From an uncultured Gammaproteobacteria bacterium (GTDB lineage Bacteria; Patescibacteriota; Microgenomatia; Levybacterales; GWA1-39-11): a stretch of DNA of 64,000 nt. The stretch covers positions 3,068 through 67,067 of the forward strand of contig CAZHDZ010000004.1 in NCBI GenBank assembly GCA_964531275.1, written 5' to 3'. Below the pieces are notes generated by a model, which was not told the origin of the DNA, did no database searches, and was given only the letters and a program-made list of their open reading frames with translations. Positions 36,502-45,346 of this stretch are shown piece after piece. Made by a program: the position numbers and the translations under genes. The stretch's first letter is position 1; every line of letters starts with the position of its first letter.

Positions 36502-38269
36502 CTGCTACGTCGTCCTCGGAAAGTCTGAGGAGCCCTTCATCGAGCCTTTTTTGATCGAGGTAATGGGCAATAAATCCGACTGAACGAGACAATACGAATA
36601 GAGCATTAAAGAACTCTTGCTCAATTAATTCATAGAGCTGCTCATCACTATATCCTTCTTTCTCTGAGAGATAATCCAAAAGAAGGGCCGCAATCGTACC
36701 ATCAACATTGAGTATTAAATTTCCTTTTTTCTCAGTTGTAACTTTTTCAACCTCAAGAGCAAAAGTCGTAAATCTTTTTGTACTTAACCTATCCAAAAAA
36801 ACCTTTAGTGCTGCTACTCTTGGATCAGGCATGTCCGTTCTGTATTTCTTGTGTCCAATTCCCTGAATATATTGTTTTTTAACGGCAAATTCTTCAACGT
36901 AAGAGGATGCATTTTTACCGTCAACAACCCCCGAGAACCAGTTGCGGGCAGCCTCATTGAGAGCTCCTCCAAAGCGAGGACCTATTGTCAAAAGCCCAGA
37001 GGATAATGAACTAACAAGATCTTTACCAGCACGAGCACTTACTATAGTATTAAGTGCACCTGATACATATGGTCCGTGATCTACGCTTATCTTTAAAATA
37101 AAATCTACTAACTCTTCAGTGTCTTGAGACTGGATTTTTTTGCCTAAGAACATTGAAGCAATTATCTTAGGAAATCCATTATTATTTGCAAAACTAAGCA
37201 AGTCTTCACCTAGCACCTGGACTTCCCCATCAACATCTTTTGAAATACTTGATGAAATTAATGCGTGTTTTCGATCGTCCATATTTTCAATTGTACCATT
37301 GGACTTATCAAAGCCAAAGTCTGAAAGATTTTGTATCATCTTAACAAATTCAGAAAAACTCTCAGGCACTTGTGCCCCCGCCTTCTTAAGTGCTTCTCTT
37401 TTTTCTTTTGCACCTTCAGCACGAGTCCCTGCCATAGCTTTTGCATGACCAAATTGCGGCGGGGTCTCAAAGAGATCCGAAATAGTACCTGCTACATAAC
37501 AAATTACCGGCTTTGTAATATGTCCTACTTCTAATAGCTTTGCTAATTTGTATTCATCCTCACCACCAAGCTCCCCATAATAAACAATGGCTTTCGTTGC
37601 ATCATCTTTTTGCGCTGCCATGAGTGCATCTACTGGCTCAAAGAGCGGAAATCTATCTCCCCCAAAAGATAAAGAGAAACTTACCTTGTTATGTGTCCTG
37701 TTAACAGTATTTATAATCTCGTTAACCATCCCACCGGATGCAGAAAGCACACAAACTCCCCCTGAGGAAAGTAAGCCAGAACTTATTATTTGTTTTTGAC
37801 TAACTCCACCAATAGCACCCACCTTAAAACTACCCGGAACCACTAACCCCACACTTGAAGGGCCAATGATTGACACATTTTTGCTCTTGGCATACTCAAA
37901 GAGTTCTATGGCGTGTTTTTCAGGAACTCCCTCTGCAAAAACAGTCCCAAATATAAGCTTAGGAAGCGTATTCATTGCCTCAATCATCGATGTAAGCACT
38001 CTTCTTCCAGAACTCACATTAAGCACTGTATTTATCTGACCCTTAAATGCTTGTGGAAGACGATTTAAAGTAGGGTAGACTGGCAACAAAATTTCCTTCT
38101 TGCCAAAAAAGTATCTATTAAAATTTCTCCCATTGGCAACAATTGCAATAATTGATGGGGAAGTACGACCTATCAAGAAATCGTAATCAAGCATTGACTG
38201 AATAATCCCAGCATGATTGCCAATAACTACTATCTTTAATGATGTCTCTCTCAGTTTTTGTATATCCAT
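36485..38269 (-). CDS. aclA: ATP-citrate lyase, large subunit (CoA-ligase alpha-like plus citrate-synthase-like domain)
   Basis: QFGHAKAMAG catalytic-His loop, ISVDHGPYVSGALNTIVSARAGKDLVSSLSSGLLTIGPRFGGA, GIGHKKY, LILNVDG and GFIAHYLDQKRL. These align closely with the C-terminal two thirds of ACLY. Confidence 0.85.
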   Translation of the reverse strand: MDIQKLRETSLKIVVIGNHAGIIQSMLDYDFLIGRTSPSIIAIVANGRNFNRYFFGKKEILLPVYPTLNRLPQAFKGQINTVLNVSSGRRVLTSMIEAMNTLPKLIFGTVFAEGVPEKHAIELFEYAKSKNVSIIGPSSVGLVVPGSFKVGAIGGVSQKQIISSGLLSSGGVCVLSASGGMVNEIINTVNRTHNKVSFSLSFGGDRFPLFEPVDALMAAQKDDATKAIVYYGELGGEDEYKLAKLLEVGHITKPVICYVAGTISDLFETPPQFGHAKAMAGTRAEGAKEKREALKKAGAQVPESFSEFVKMIQNLSDFGFDKSNGTIENMDDRKHALISSSISKDVDGEVQVLGEDLLSFANNNGFPKIIASMFLGKKIQSQDTEELVDFILKISVDHGPYVSGALNTIVSARAGKDLVSSLSSGLLTIGPRFGGALNEAARNWFSGVVDGKNASSYVEEFAVKKQYIQGIGHKKYRTDMPDPRVAALKVFLDRLSTKRFTTFALEVEKVTTEKKGNLILNVDGTIAALLLDYLSEKEGYSDEQLYELIEQEFFNALFVLSRSVGFIAHYLDQKRLDEGLLRLSEDDVADANLQ

Positions 38270-38335
38270 ATCTATTTAAAATCCAAATTCAAAACTCCAA
38301 TTTTCAAATGATCATTGGTACTTGATCATTGGTCC

Positions 38336-39520
38336 TTATTTTACCCACTCGAGGGCGGGTTCTACTATATCAGTAAGTATCAACTCTGGACCATGAATCT
38401 CTCCCAACAATTCAGTCTTTTCTAAGAAAGCTTTCATCATAGAAAGCCCTTCTTCCTGATGAGGACCTCCACGTCTTACAAAAATTTTCACATTTTGAGA
38501 TTTCAAATCCGTTGATACCTCTCCCAACGCTCGAATAATGCCTTTAAAAGTTATTCTAACGTCCGTAAAATTCGCCACACCCCCAGAAATAATGATTGAT
38601 TTATTATGGGATGTAGAGCGGAGTAGGGCAGTCAAAATATTCTTAACATACAGATAGGTCTCTTCTTCTGTAGGACTTCCACTATATTCACCATAATTAG
38701 CAAGTAAATCCCCTTTTCCCTTTTGGTAAATTTCATCAGCAGTCACCAAAGACGCCCCTCCTCCTGAAAGCAGGACAAAAATAGAGCCATTTGGATTAAG
38801 GACTTGATAACTCAGTGCTGCTGGAGTTGTTTCTTTTAATGCTTCTATCGCTTTTTCTTCTTCTGTTTTAACTTTCTTACTTCCCTCACGAAAATCATCC
38901 TTACTCCATGCACCTTCTACAAAGAATGCTGCTTCGCTATCTACTTCAACTGCTGTGTCTAAGAAATAAAATGTATCGTCTTTTACAACCAATGGATTGA
39001 TCTCTAAAAATGAAAAATAATACTCATCAAATGCAGTAATGATACTTTCAAGGGTTTCAACAGAGATTTTTAATGTAGTGGCAATATCTTTGTACTGTGA
39101 GTATCCAGTTAAAATTGATGAAGTAACAGAGTCTTTATTAGATTCAATTTCTATTCCACCTTGAGCTGAATAATGAACCATCTTGCCTTCTCGTACCCGC
39201 TCGATTGCAAAGTAAAATTCTCCACCTTCATGCTCAACAAACTCCTCCAAAATAAAATAGTTAAAGCCTTTTTCCTTTAACTTTTCTATTTCAGCCTTAA
39301 CATTTGTCCTATTTACATCAAGCACTACAAGCCCATTTTTCTTTCTCTGCTTTACACCCTGATCAACCTTCAGAACATATCGTATACCCTCTTCCATCTT
39401 TGAAAGTAGGTCTTCTACGTAATCATCATTTGTATTAATAGTAATACCTTTATAGGGAAGCTCTAAGAAAGAATACAATATTCTTTTTGCTGCAAATTCG
39501 GAGATTTTTTTCCTAGCCAT
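38336..39520 (-). CDS. aclB: ATP-citrate lyase, small subunit (ATP-grasp, succinyl-CoA-synthetase beta-like)
   Basis: YFSFLEINPLVV, LNPNGSIFVLLSGGGASLV, ANYGEYSGSPTEEETY, GGVANFTDVRITFKGIIRA and FVRRGGPHQEEGL. These match the N-terminal ACLY/AclB consensus almost block for block. Confidence 0.85.
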   Translation of the reverse strand: MARKKISEFAAKRILYSFLELPYKGITINTNDDYVEDLLSKMEEGIRYVLKVDQGVKQRKKNGLVVLDVNRTNVKAEIEKLKEKGFNYFILEEFVEHEGGEFYFAIERVREGKMVHYSAQGGIEIESNKDSVTSSILTGYSQYKDIATTLKISVETLESIITAFDEYYFSFLEINPLVVKDDTFYFLDTAVEVDSEAAFFVEGAWSKDDFREGSKKVKTEEEKAIEALKETTPAALSYQVLNPNGSIFVLLSGGGASLVTADEIYQKGKGDLLANYGEYSGSPTEEETYLYVKNILTALLRSTSHNKSIIISGGVANFTDVRITFKGIIRALGEVSTDLKSQNVKIFVRRGGPHQEEGLSMMKAFLEKTELLGEIHGPELILTDIVEPALEWVK

Positions 39521-39618
39521 ATTTTACGATTATACTAAATTATTCAACATGTTGGGGGTGACGCGACTGGGGGACCCACATTGTGAATCGCAATCCTGAT
39601 CGAAGCGAATGGTGAGAA

Positions 39619-40461
39619 TCACGAATGGGGGTGAGGAGCGGCAGGACCCCGTCGTAATAACTCCTCTATCAAATACGCCACGCCATCTTCTTCTTGCCGT
39701 GGCACTATGACATCTGAAATTGCCTTAAGTTCTTCCCTAGCATTGCCCATAGCAACCTTAAATCCACATGCTTCCATTAAGGGAAAGTCGTTGTATCCGT
39801 CCCCTACTCCAACGACCTCTTCCCGCTCAAGCTTTAACAATTTTATCAATTCAAGGACTGAGAGATTTTTTGTTGCACTTTTTGAGGTCACATCCAAGGA
39901 TTTTCCAAGATCATTATAACTTCTTACAATATTCAGTTGTGGATACATATCAATCAACAGATTTACAAATTTTTCAAATTCTTCAATAGTCCTATTCCCT
40001 AGTGGCACGTTCACCTTAGGCGCATCTTGGTGGGAAAAATCTTCGGCCTTTTTCATAATCAAGTGCTGATACATTGAAATATCATATTCGTAAGAACCAT
40101 AGAGGGCATTATCTTTCTCTATCATGAAATCATAATTACTTGAGACTAAAGTCTTTGTAAAATCAGCAAGAGTATCAGCATCAATATTTTGTGAATATAG
40201 TACATTGTCTGTCACTGGATCAATAATTTCAGAACCCCCCCTTACAATAACTGGCATTGTTATTTCTAGATTCTTAATATCATTTTTAAGCATGAAATAC
40301 TGCCGACCGGATGCAATCGTGAACAATCTTCCATTGTTCTGCCAGTTCTTAATAGCAATGGTGTTCTTATCTGAAATTATTCTGTCTCGACCCATCAGAG
40401 TACCGTCTACATCACTTACGATGAGCTTGAATTTTGATGTGTCCTGAGGGAAATGGTCCAT
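39619..40461 (-). CDS. HAD-IIB (Cof-type) phosphatase
   Basis: Motif I LIVSDVDGTL and motif IV GDGYNDFPLM. Confidence 0.8.
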   Translation of the reverse strand: MDHFPQDTSKFKLIVSDVDGTLMGRDRIISDKNTIAIKNWQNNGRLFTIASGRQYFMLKNDIKNLEITMPVIVRGGSEIIDPVTDNVLYSQNIDADTLADFTKTLVSSNYDFMIEKDNALYGSYEYDISMYQHLIMKKAEDFSHQDAPKVNVPLGNRTIEEFEKFVNLLIDMYPQLNIVRSYNDLGKSLDVTSKSATKNLSVLELIKLLKLEREEVVGVGDGYNDFPLMEACGFKVAMGNAREELKAISDVIVPRQEEDGVAYLIEELLRRGPAAPHPHS

Positions 40462-40536
40462 GCAACATTATACATCTCCCCGGTAGTAAGGTCGAGATTT
40501 CTTCACATTCAATTTGTCGTTATAATAGAATTTACA

Positions 40537-40917
40537 ATGTTTAGGGCAATTCATCATGTAGCAATAATTTGTTCTGACTACGAGATTTCTAAGAAATTCT
40601 ATACAGAAATTTTAGGGTTTGAAATTATTAAAGAAACATTCCGCGAAGAGAGAAATTCCCATAAGCTCGATCTTAGAATGGGAGATATTCAAATAGAACT
40701 CTTCTCTTTTCCAGAGCCACCAAGAAGACTTTCGTATCCAGAGGCGGCGGGTCTTCGCCACTTGGCATTTAGTGTAAAAAATATTCAGGAAACTAAATTA
40801 GAACTTGAAGAAAAGAAAATAAAAGTAGAAGAGATAAGAATAGATGAGCAAACAGGAAAAAAATACACATTCTTTCAAGATCCAGATGCTCTTCCAATAG
40901 AGATCTATGAAATTTAA
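40537..40917 (+). CDS. VOC/glyoxalase-family protein
   Basis: MFRAIHHVAIICSDYEISKKFYTEILGFEI is the canonical glyoxalase/bleomycin-resistance N-terminus. The ATG is at 40537 and the track ORF starts at 40453. Confidence 0.7.
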   Translation: MFRAIHHVAIICSDYEISKKFYTEILGFEIIKETFREERNSHKLDLRMGDIQIELFSFPEPPRRLSYPEAAGLRHLAFSVKNIQETKLELEEKKIKVEEIRIDEQTGKKYTFFQDPDALPIEIYEI

Positions 40918-40954
40918 GAGATATTAGTGAAGCGACTGGCTAGAAGCGAAACAA

Positions 40955-43096
40955 TTATTCTTCTTTAGGAACGAAGTTAGACTTTGATTTGATTTGCTCT
41001 TGGATCTGCAATGGCACTTCTTCATAGTGAGAAGGCTCCATGTATGCATTTGCACGACCCTGAGTAAGAGATCGGAGAGTCGTAATGTATCCTGAAAGTT
41101 CTGCAAGAGGAACAGTTGCAAGAATGATTCTTGAATTTCCTCTTTCTTCTGATCCTGAAATCTGAGCTCTCTTTGCAGAAAGATCTCCGATAACATCTCC
41201 CATAAATTCATCAGGAGTTGTAACTTCTACTTTCATTATAGGCTCAAGGAGTGTTACTTCTGCTTTTCTAGCACCTTGTTGGAATGCTTGTGATCCAGCG
41301 ATCTTAAATGCGATTTCCGAAGAGTCAACGTCATGGTAGGTTCCGTCATATAGTGTTACTTTTACATCAACCACTGGATATCCGAAAGCAACTCCACGCT
41401 CCATAGCTTCCTTAATACCCTTTTCAACTGGTGGTATAAATTCTGCAGGAATAGCTCCTCCCTTAATCGCATTTACAAATTCAAATCCTTCTCCTCGTGG
41501 CTTTGATTCAACAGTTATAAGAACGTGACCGTATTGTCCTCTTCCCCCCGTTTGTTTGATGTACTTAAATTCTGCGTTAGCTTTACCCTTGATTGTCTCC
41601 TTATATGCTACTTGAGGAGCACCAACATTTGCTTCAACTCCCATTTCTCTTTTCATACGCTCAACCATAATTTCAAGCTGAAGCTCTCCAACACCTGACA
41701 TGATTGTTTGTCCTGTCTCATGATTGATCTTAACGGTAAAGGTAGGATCTTCCTCCATGAGTCTTTTCATTGCTGCTCCCAATTTTTCTTGATCAGACTT
41801 AGTCTTAGGCTCAATAGCTAGTGAAATAACTGGATCTCTAAAGGTAATTTTCTGAAGAACGATTGGCTTTGCTTCATCACAAAGAGTATCTCCGGTTATT
41901 GTGTCTTTAAATCCAACGATAGCCACAATTTCTCCAGCAAAAGCTTCTTTAATTTCTTCTCTTTGATTTGCGTGCATAAGAAGAAGCCTTCCTACGCGCT
42001 CTTTGATGTCCTTTGTTGAGTTAAATGCATAGCTTCCAGATACGATCTTCCCCGAATAAATTCTGACGTAAGTAATTTTTCCTACATGAGGATCAACCTG
42101 AACTTTAAATGCAAATCCGGTAAATGCTTCTTCAGGATTTAAGTTTCTTGTCTCTTCTTGCTCGGTCTTTGGGTTCATTCCAGTTACTGTTTTAAGATCA
42201 AAAGGAGATGGTAGAAAGTCGATTACAGCGTCTAGAAGAGGCTGAACACCTTTATTTCGTAGAGAAGTTCCTGCAAAAACAGGAACAACTTTGTAAGCAA
42301 TAGTTGCTGCTCTTAATGCGGCTTTTAGTTCATCGTAACCAATTTCTTCTCCGTTGAGGTATTTTTCAAGTAAGGCGTCGTCAGTCTCAGCAATCTTTTC
42401 AATCATCTGTTCTCGGTATTTTTTAACCATGTCTGCCATTCCTTCAGGAATTTCATCTAGAACCTCAAAGCTAGCTCCCAATTCTTCTCCGCTCCAAATG
42501 TATGACTTCTCATCAAGAACATGATAAATTCCTTTAAAATCATTTTCTGCGCCAATTGGAAGTCCAATTGTGATCGGGTTTGCACCTAGTCTGTCTATAA
42601 CTGATTGGATTGTCTTTTCGTAATCAGCTCCTAATTTGTCCATTTTGTTAATAAAACAAATTCTAGGAACGTTGTATTTATCAGCCTGTCTCCAAACTGT
42701 TTCTGACTGTGACTGAACACCTTCTTCAGCATCAAGAACAGTAATTGCTCCGTCAAGAACACGAAGAGATCTTTCAACTTCAGCTGTAAAGTCTACGTGA
42801 CCGGGGGTATCAATAAGGTTGAATCTGTGGTCTTTCCAAAAAGTAGTAGTTGCAGCTGACACGATGGTGATTCCTCTTTCTCTCTCTTGGTCCATCCAGT
42901 CCATAGTTGCTGCTCCTTCATGAACTTCACCAATTTTATAAGTACGTCCCGTATAGTAAAGAATACGCTCAGAAGTTGTTGTTTTACCTGCGTCGATGTG
43001 CGCGATAATTCCAAAATTTCTAATTTTATCGAGTGCGACATTTCTGTCTTTTGTTACTGTTGTTTGTGGGGCTGTGCCTGCCATATTTTTAGTCAA
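40955..43096 (-). CDS. fusA: Elongation factor G
   Basis: [19 protein letters not shown] and DTPGHVDF. 713 aa across five domains. Confidence 0.97.
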   Translation of the reverse strand: MTKNMAGTAPQTTVTKDRNVALDKIRNFGIIAHIDAGKTTTSERILYYTGRTYKIGEVHEGAATMDWMDQERERGITIVSAATTTFWKDHRFNLIDTPGHVDFTAEVERSLRVLDGAITVLDAEEGVQSQSETVWRQADKYNVPRICFINKMDKLGADYEKTIQSVIDRLGANPITIGLPIGAENDFKGIYHVLDEKSYIWSGEELGASFEVLDEIPEGMADMVKKYREQMIEKIAETDDALLEKYLNGEEIGYDELKAALRAATIAYKVVPVFAGTSLRNKGVQPLLDAVIDFLPSPFDLKTVTGMNPKTEQEETRNLNPEEAFTGFAFKVQVDPHVGKITYVRIYSGKIVSGSYAFNSTKDIKERVGRLLLMHANQREEIKEAFAGEIVAIVGFKDTITGDTLCDEAKPIVLQKITFRDPVISLAIEPKTKSDQEKLGAAMKRLMEEDPTFTVKINHETGQTIMSGVGELQLEIMVERMKREMGVEANVGAPQVAYKETIKGKANAEFKYIKQTGGRGQYGHVLITVESKPRGEGFEFVNAIKGGAIPAEFIPPVEKGIKEAMERGVAFGYPVVDVKVTLYDGTYHDVDSSEIAFKIAGSQAFQQGARKAEVTLLEPIMKVEVTTPDEFMGDVIGDLSAKRAQISGSEERGNSRIILATVPLAELSGYITTLRSLTQGRANAYMEPSHYEEVPLQIQEQIKSKSNFVPKEE

Positions 43097-43099
43097 AAA

Positions 43100-43125
43100 A
43101 ACGACCTCGAAAGGTCTTATGAGTT
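43100..43125 (-). terminator. Hairpin plus U-tract between the upstream ORF and fusA
   Basis: Minus-strand reading: AGACCUUUCGAGGUCG hairpin followed by UUUUUUU, immediately upstream of the fusA start. Confidence 0.35.
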
Positions 43126-43169
43126 ATTCTAACAAATTGAGGTTAAAAAAGAAAGTGGAAATTGATTTA

Positions 43170-43991
43170 TTAACCTGTCTGATCAACCGGTCTTGTTGGC
43201 TGACCAAATAATAATGCGTTGGTGTGAGTAAAATGCGCAACATGATCATATGGGACACCAGTTTCGCTTCGAACTGTTGCAACCAAATTATCAATGGAAG
43301 TTCTACTAATATTCTTCTCGAGGGTCATTCGATCAAGTTCACTTAAAGGACTTTTAGAACCTATTCTTTTATCATAAAACTCTTGAAGTGCTTCAATTTC
43401 ATAAGGCATCCAAGTACGAAGAGAGTGGGAAGCAGGCATTGCAATTGCACATGCTCGATAAAAATCCTCAATGGAACCCTCACCCCACAACAGAGAAACA
43501 TCTCTAATTGATTTTGATGAAGGGTAACCCTTACCGTAGTGGTAAAGATAAGATAGCGCTGCTTCCGTGAATGTGTCCCTCACATCTATTGCTTCTCCTC
43601 TCGCATCAGAAAGAGCCATTTCGGTTCTCATAGCCCTTAAGCTCCTACTAACGTCTGCATCAACTATGTCTAACTCATTAGCTATTCCACGGGAAAAATT
43701 TACTGTAGAAAGATGACCTTGCTGATTAGTTCCACGCACATGAACACCAACGTCTGCCAAGTGCTTATAGAATAGATCCTTTTTCGCTGAATTTCCTCTC
43801 AAAATCTCAGTCATTTCAAGCCTTGAACTAATTTTGTCCCCGCTTTTGAGTCCTGATCTAACTTGATAGACTGCATCTCTACCAACCATGACTCCCTTAT
43901 CTCGCATCATTTCAACAACACGAGCTGCCTCAATACTTTTGTTAGTTATAGGTATTCCCGCTTTTTTTTCAACTTCTTGAATTCGACTCAT
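43170..43991 (-). CDS. Hypothetical protein
   Basis: 273-aa ORF with no motif I recognise. It occupies the slot upstream of fusA where rpsG would normally be. Confidence 0.45.
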   Translation of the reverse strand: MSRIQEVEKKAGIPITNKSIEAARVVEMMRDKGVMVGRDAVYQVRSGLKSGDKISSRLEMTEILRGNSAKKDLFYKHLADVGVHVRGTNQQGHLSTVNFSRGIANELDIVDADVSRSLRAMRTEMALSDARGEAIDVRDTFTEAALSYLYHYGKGYPSSKSIRDVSLLWGEGSIEDFYRACAIAMPASHSLRTWMPYEIEALQEFYDKRIGSKSPLSELDRMTLEKNISRTSIDNLVATVRSETGVPYDHVAHFTHTNALLFGQPTRPVDQTG

Positions 43992-44120
43992 AGCCCGAGA
44001 TTATACCAAGGAATATTAAAAAAATAAACTATAGGTTAGTGAACTTCTTGATCCTTTCTCGAGTTCATAATCGGATAACGCGAGTTGCAAACTCGAATTA
44101 GGCGAGTATATACTACTTGC

Positions 44121-44429
44121 ATGGCCAACGTAATCCAGACATGTACTACCTGCTCTAATCAATTTCTTGTAATAGACCAGGAGCAAGCTTTTCTCCGTCA
44201 AAAAGGCTTACCAAATCCAACAAATTGCCCAAAGTGCCGTCAGGCTAGACGGCTTAAGCTTCGAGGAGAAAGAGTGCTTTACAAAACAGACTGTCAACAA
44301 TGCGGAAAGGAAATTGTGGTTTCGTACGACCCATCCAAAGTTACAAATAAAATACTTTGTAAAGAAGATTACGAAAAGTATTATGAAGAGCATGACCCAA
44401 TGATCACAGATCCCCTACCACAACTATGA
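44121..44429 (+). CDS. Zinc-ribbon protein (paired CxxC motifs)
   Basis: CTTCSN..17..CPKCRQ and a second pair ..CQQCGK..C. The ATG is at 44121 and the track ORF starts at TTG 44085. It overlaps the next gene with ATGA. Confidence 0.45.
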   Translation: MANVIQTCTTCSNQFLVIDQEQAFLRQKGLPNPTNCPKCRQARRLKLRGERVLYKTDCQQCGKEIVVSYDPSKVTNKILCKEDYEKYYEEHDPMITDPLPQL

Positions 44430-45346
44430 CAGCCGACACATTTTTTCTCGAATTACAAAAACTCATCACTCAGCAGCCGAAAAGACCTTCAAATACATTA
44501 AATTCCGAAGATTGCAAATATACAAATTTCGTCTATTACAGTACGGAGCTTACTAACTGCTTTGACTGTACTAATTCAACAAATGGAATATATCTTTATG
44601 ACTCTCACAACTGTGCAAATTGTGCTGATATGAATTTTTCCTTTGAGACAGAACTTTCCTATGAATGTGTAGACGCCTTTAAATGTTTTAATTGCAGCTA
44701 CATTGATGATTGTGGCAACATGACTGATTCTGACTTTAGCACCTGGTGCCTCAACTGCCATGATGTATTTGGTTGCTTTAAGCTCAAAAATAAATCGTTC
44801 TGCATATTTAACAGACAATTTACGGAAGAGGAATATCACGAAAAAGTAAAATATCTCAAGACTCTTCCTCCAGAGAAAATCCTTGCTGAGGTTGAAAAAA
44901 TAGCACTAACTCACCCCATAACTCAGACTAATGAGCATGATAATGAAAATTCAAGCTTCGGCAATTACATTTACTTTTGTAAAAATTGCTATCTCTGCTT
45001 TGATTCGACACACAATCAAGATTGTGGATACACGTATGACTCTAGCTATAATTCTAATTCTTTTGATATCTTACAGTCGGGCAATTCAGAACTATCCTAT
45101 CAAGTTTCAGATTCAGGTCAGATCTTTAATTCTGCATATGTCTTGTGGTCAAAGAATTGTCAGGACAGCATGTATCTTATTGATTGCCTGGACGTTAAAA
45201 ATTCAATGGGATGTGTTGCACTAAGCCACAAAGAGTATTGCTTCTTAAATCGACAACTTTCAAAAGAGGAATATGAAGCAATTACAAAACCATTACGTGA
45301 AGAATTAAAAACAAAATACTTCGAGTGGGGCAACTTAATCTACTAA
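44426..45346 (+). CDS. Cysteine-rich repeat protein (internal duplication; 24 Cys)
   Basis: Repeats of about 20-25 aa carry CxxC/CxNC pairs. Two halves end in similar modules (KNKSFCIFNRQFTEEEYHEKVKYL versus SHKEYCFLNRQLSKEEYEAITKPL). Confidence 0.5.
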   Translation: MTADTFFLELQKLITQQPKRPSNTLNSEDCKYTNFVYYSTELTNCFDCTNSTNGIYLYDSHNCANCADMNFSFETELSYECVDAFKCFNCSYIDDCGNMTDSDFSTWCLNCHDVFGCFKLKNKSFCIFNRQFTEEEYHEKVKYLKTLPPEKILAEVEKIALTHPITQTNEHDNENSSFGNYIYFCKNCYLCFDSTHNQDCGYTYDSSYNSNSFDILQSGNSELSYQVSDSGQIFNSAYVLWSKNCQDSMYLIDCLDVKNSMGCVALSHKEYCFLNRQLSKEEYEAITKPLREELKTKYFEWGNLIY

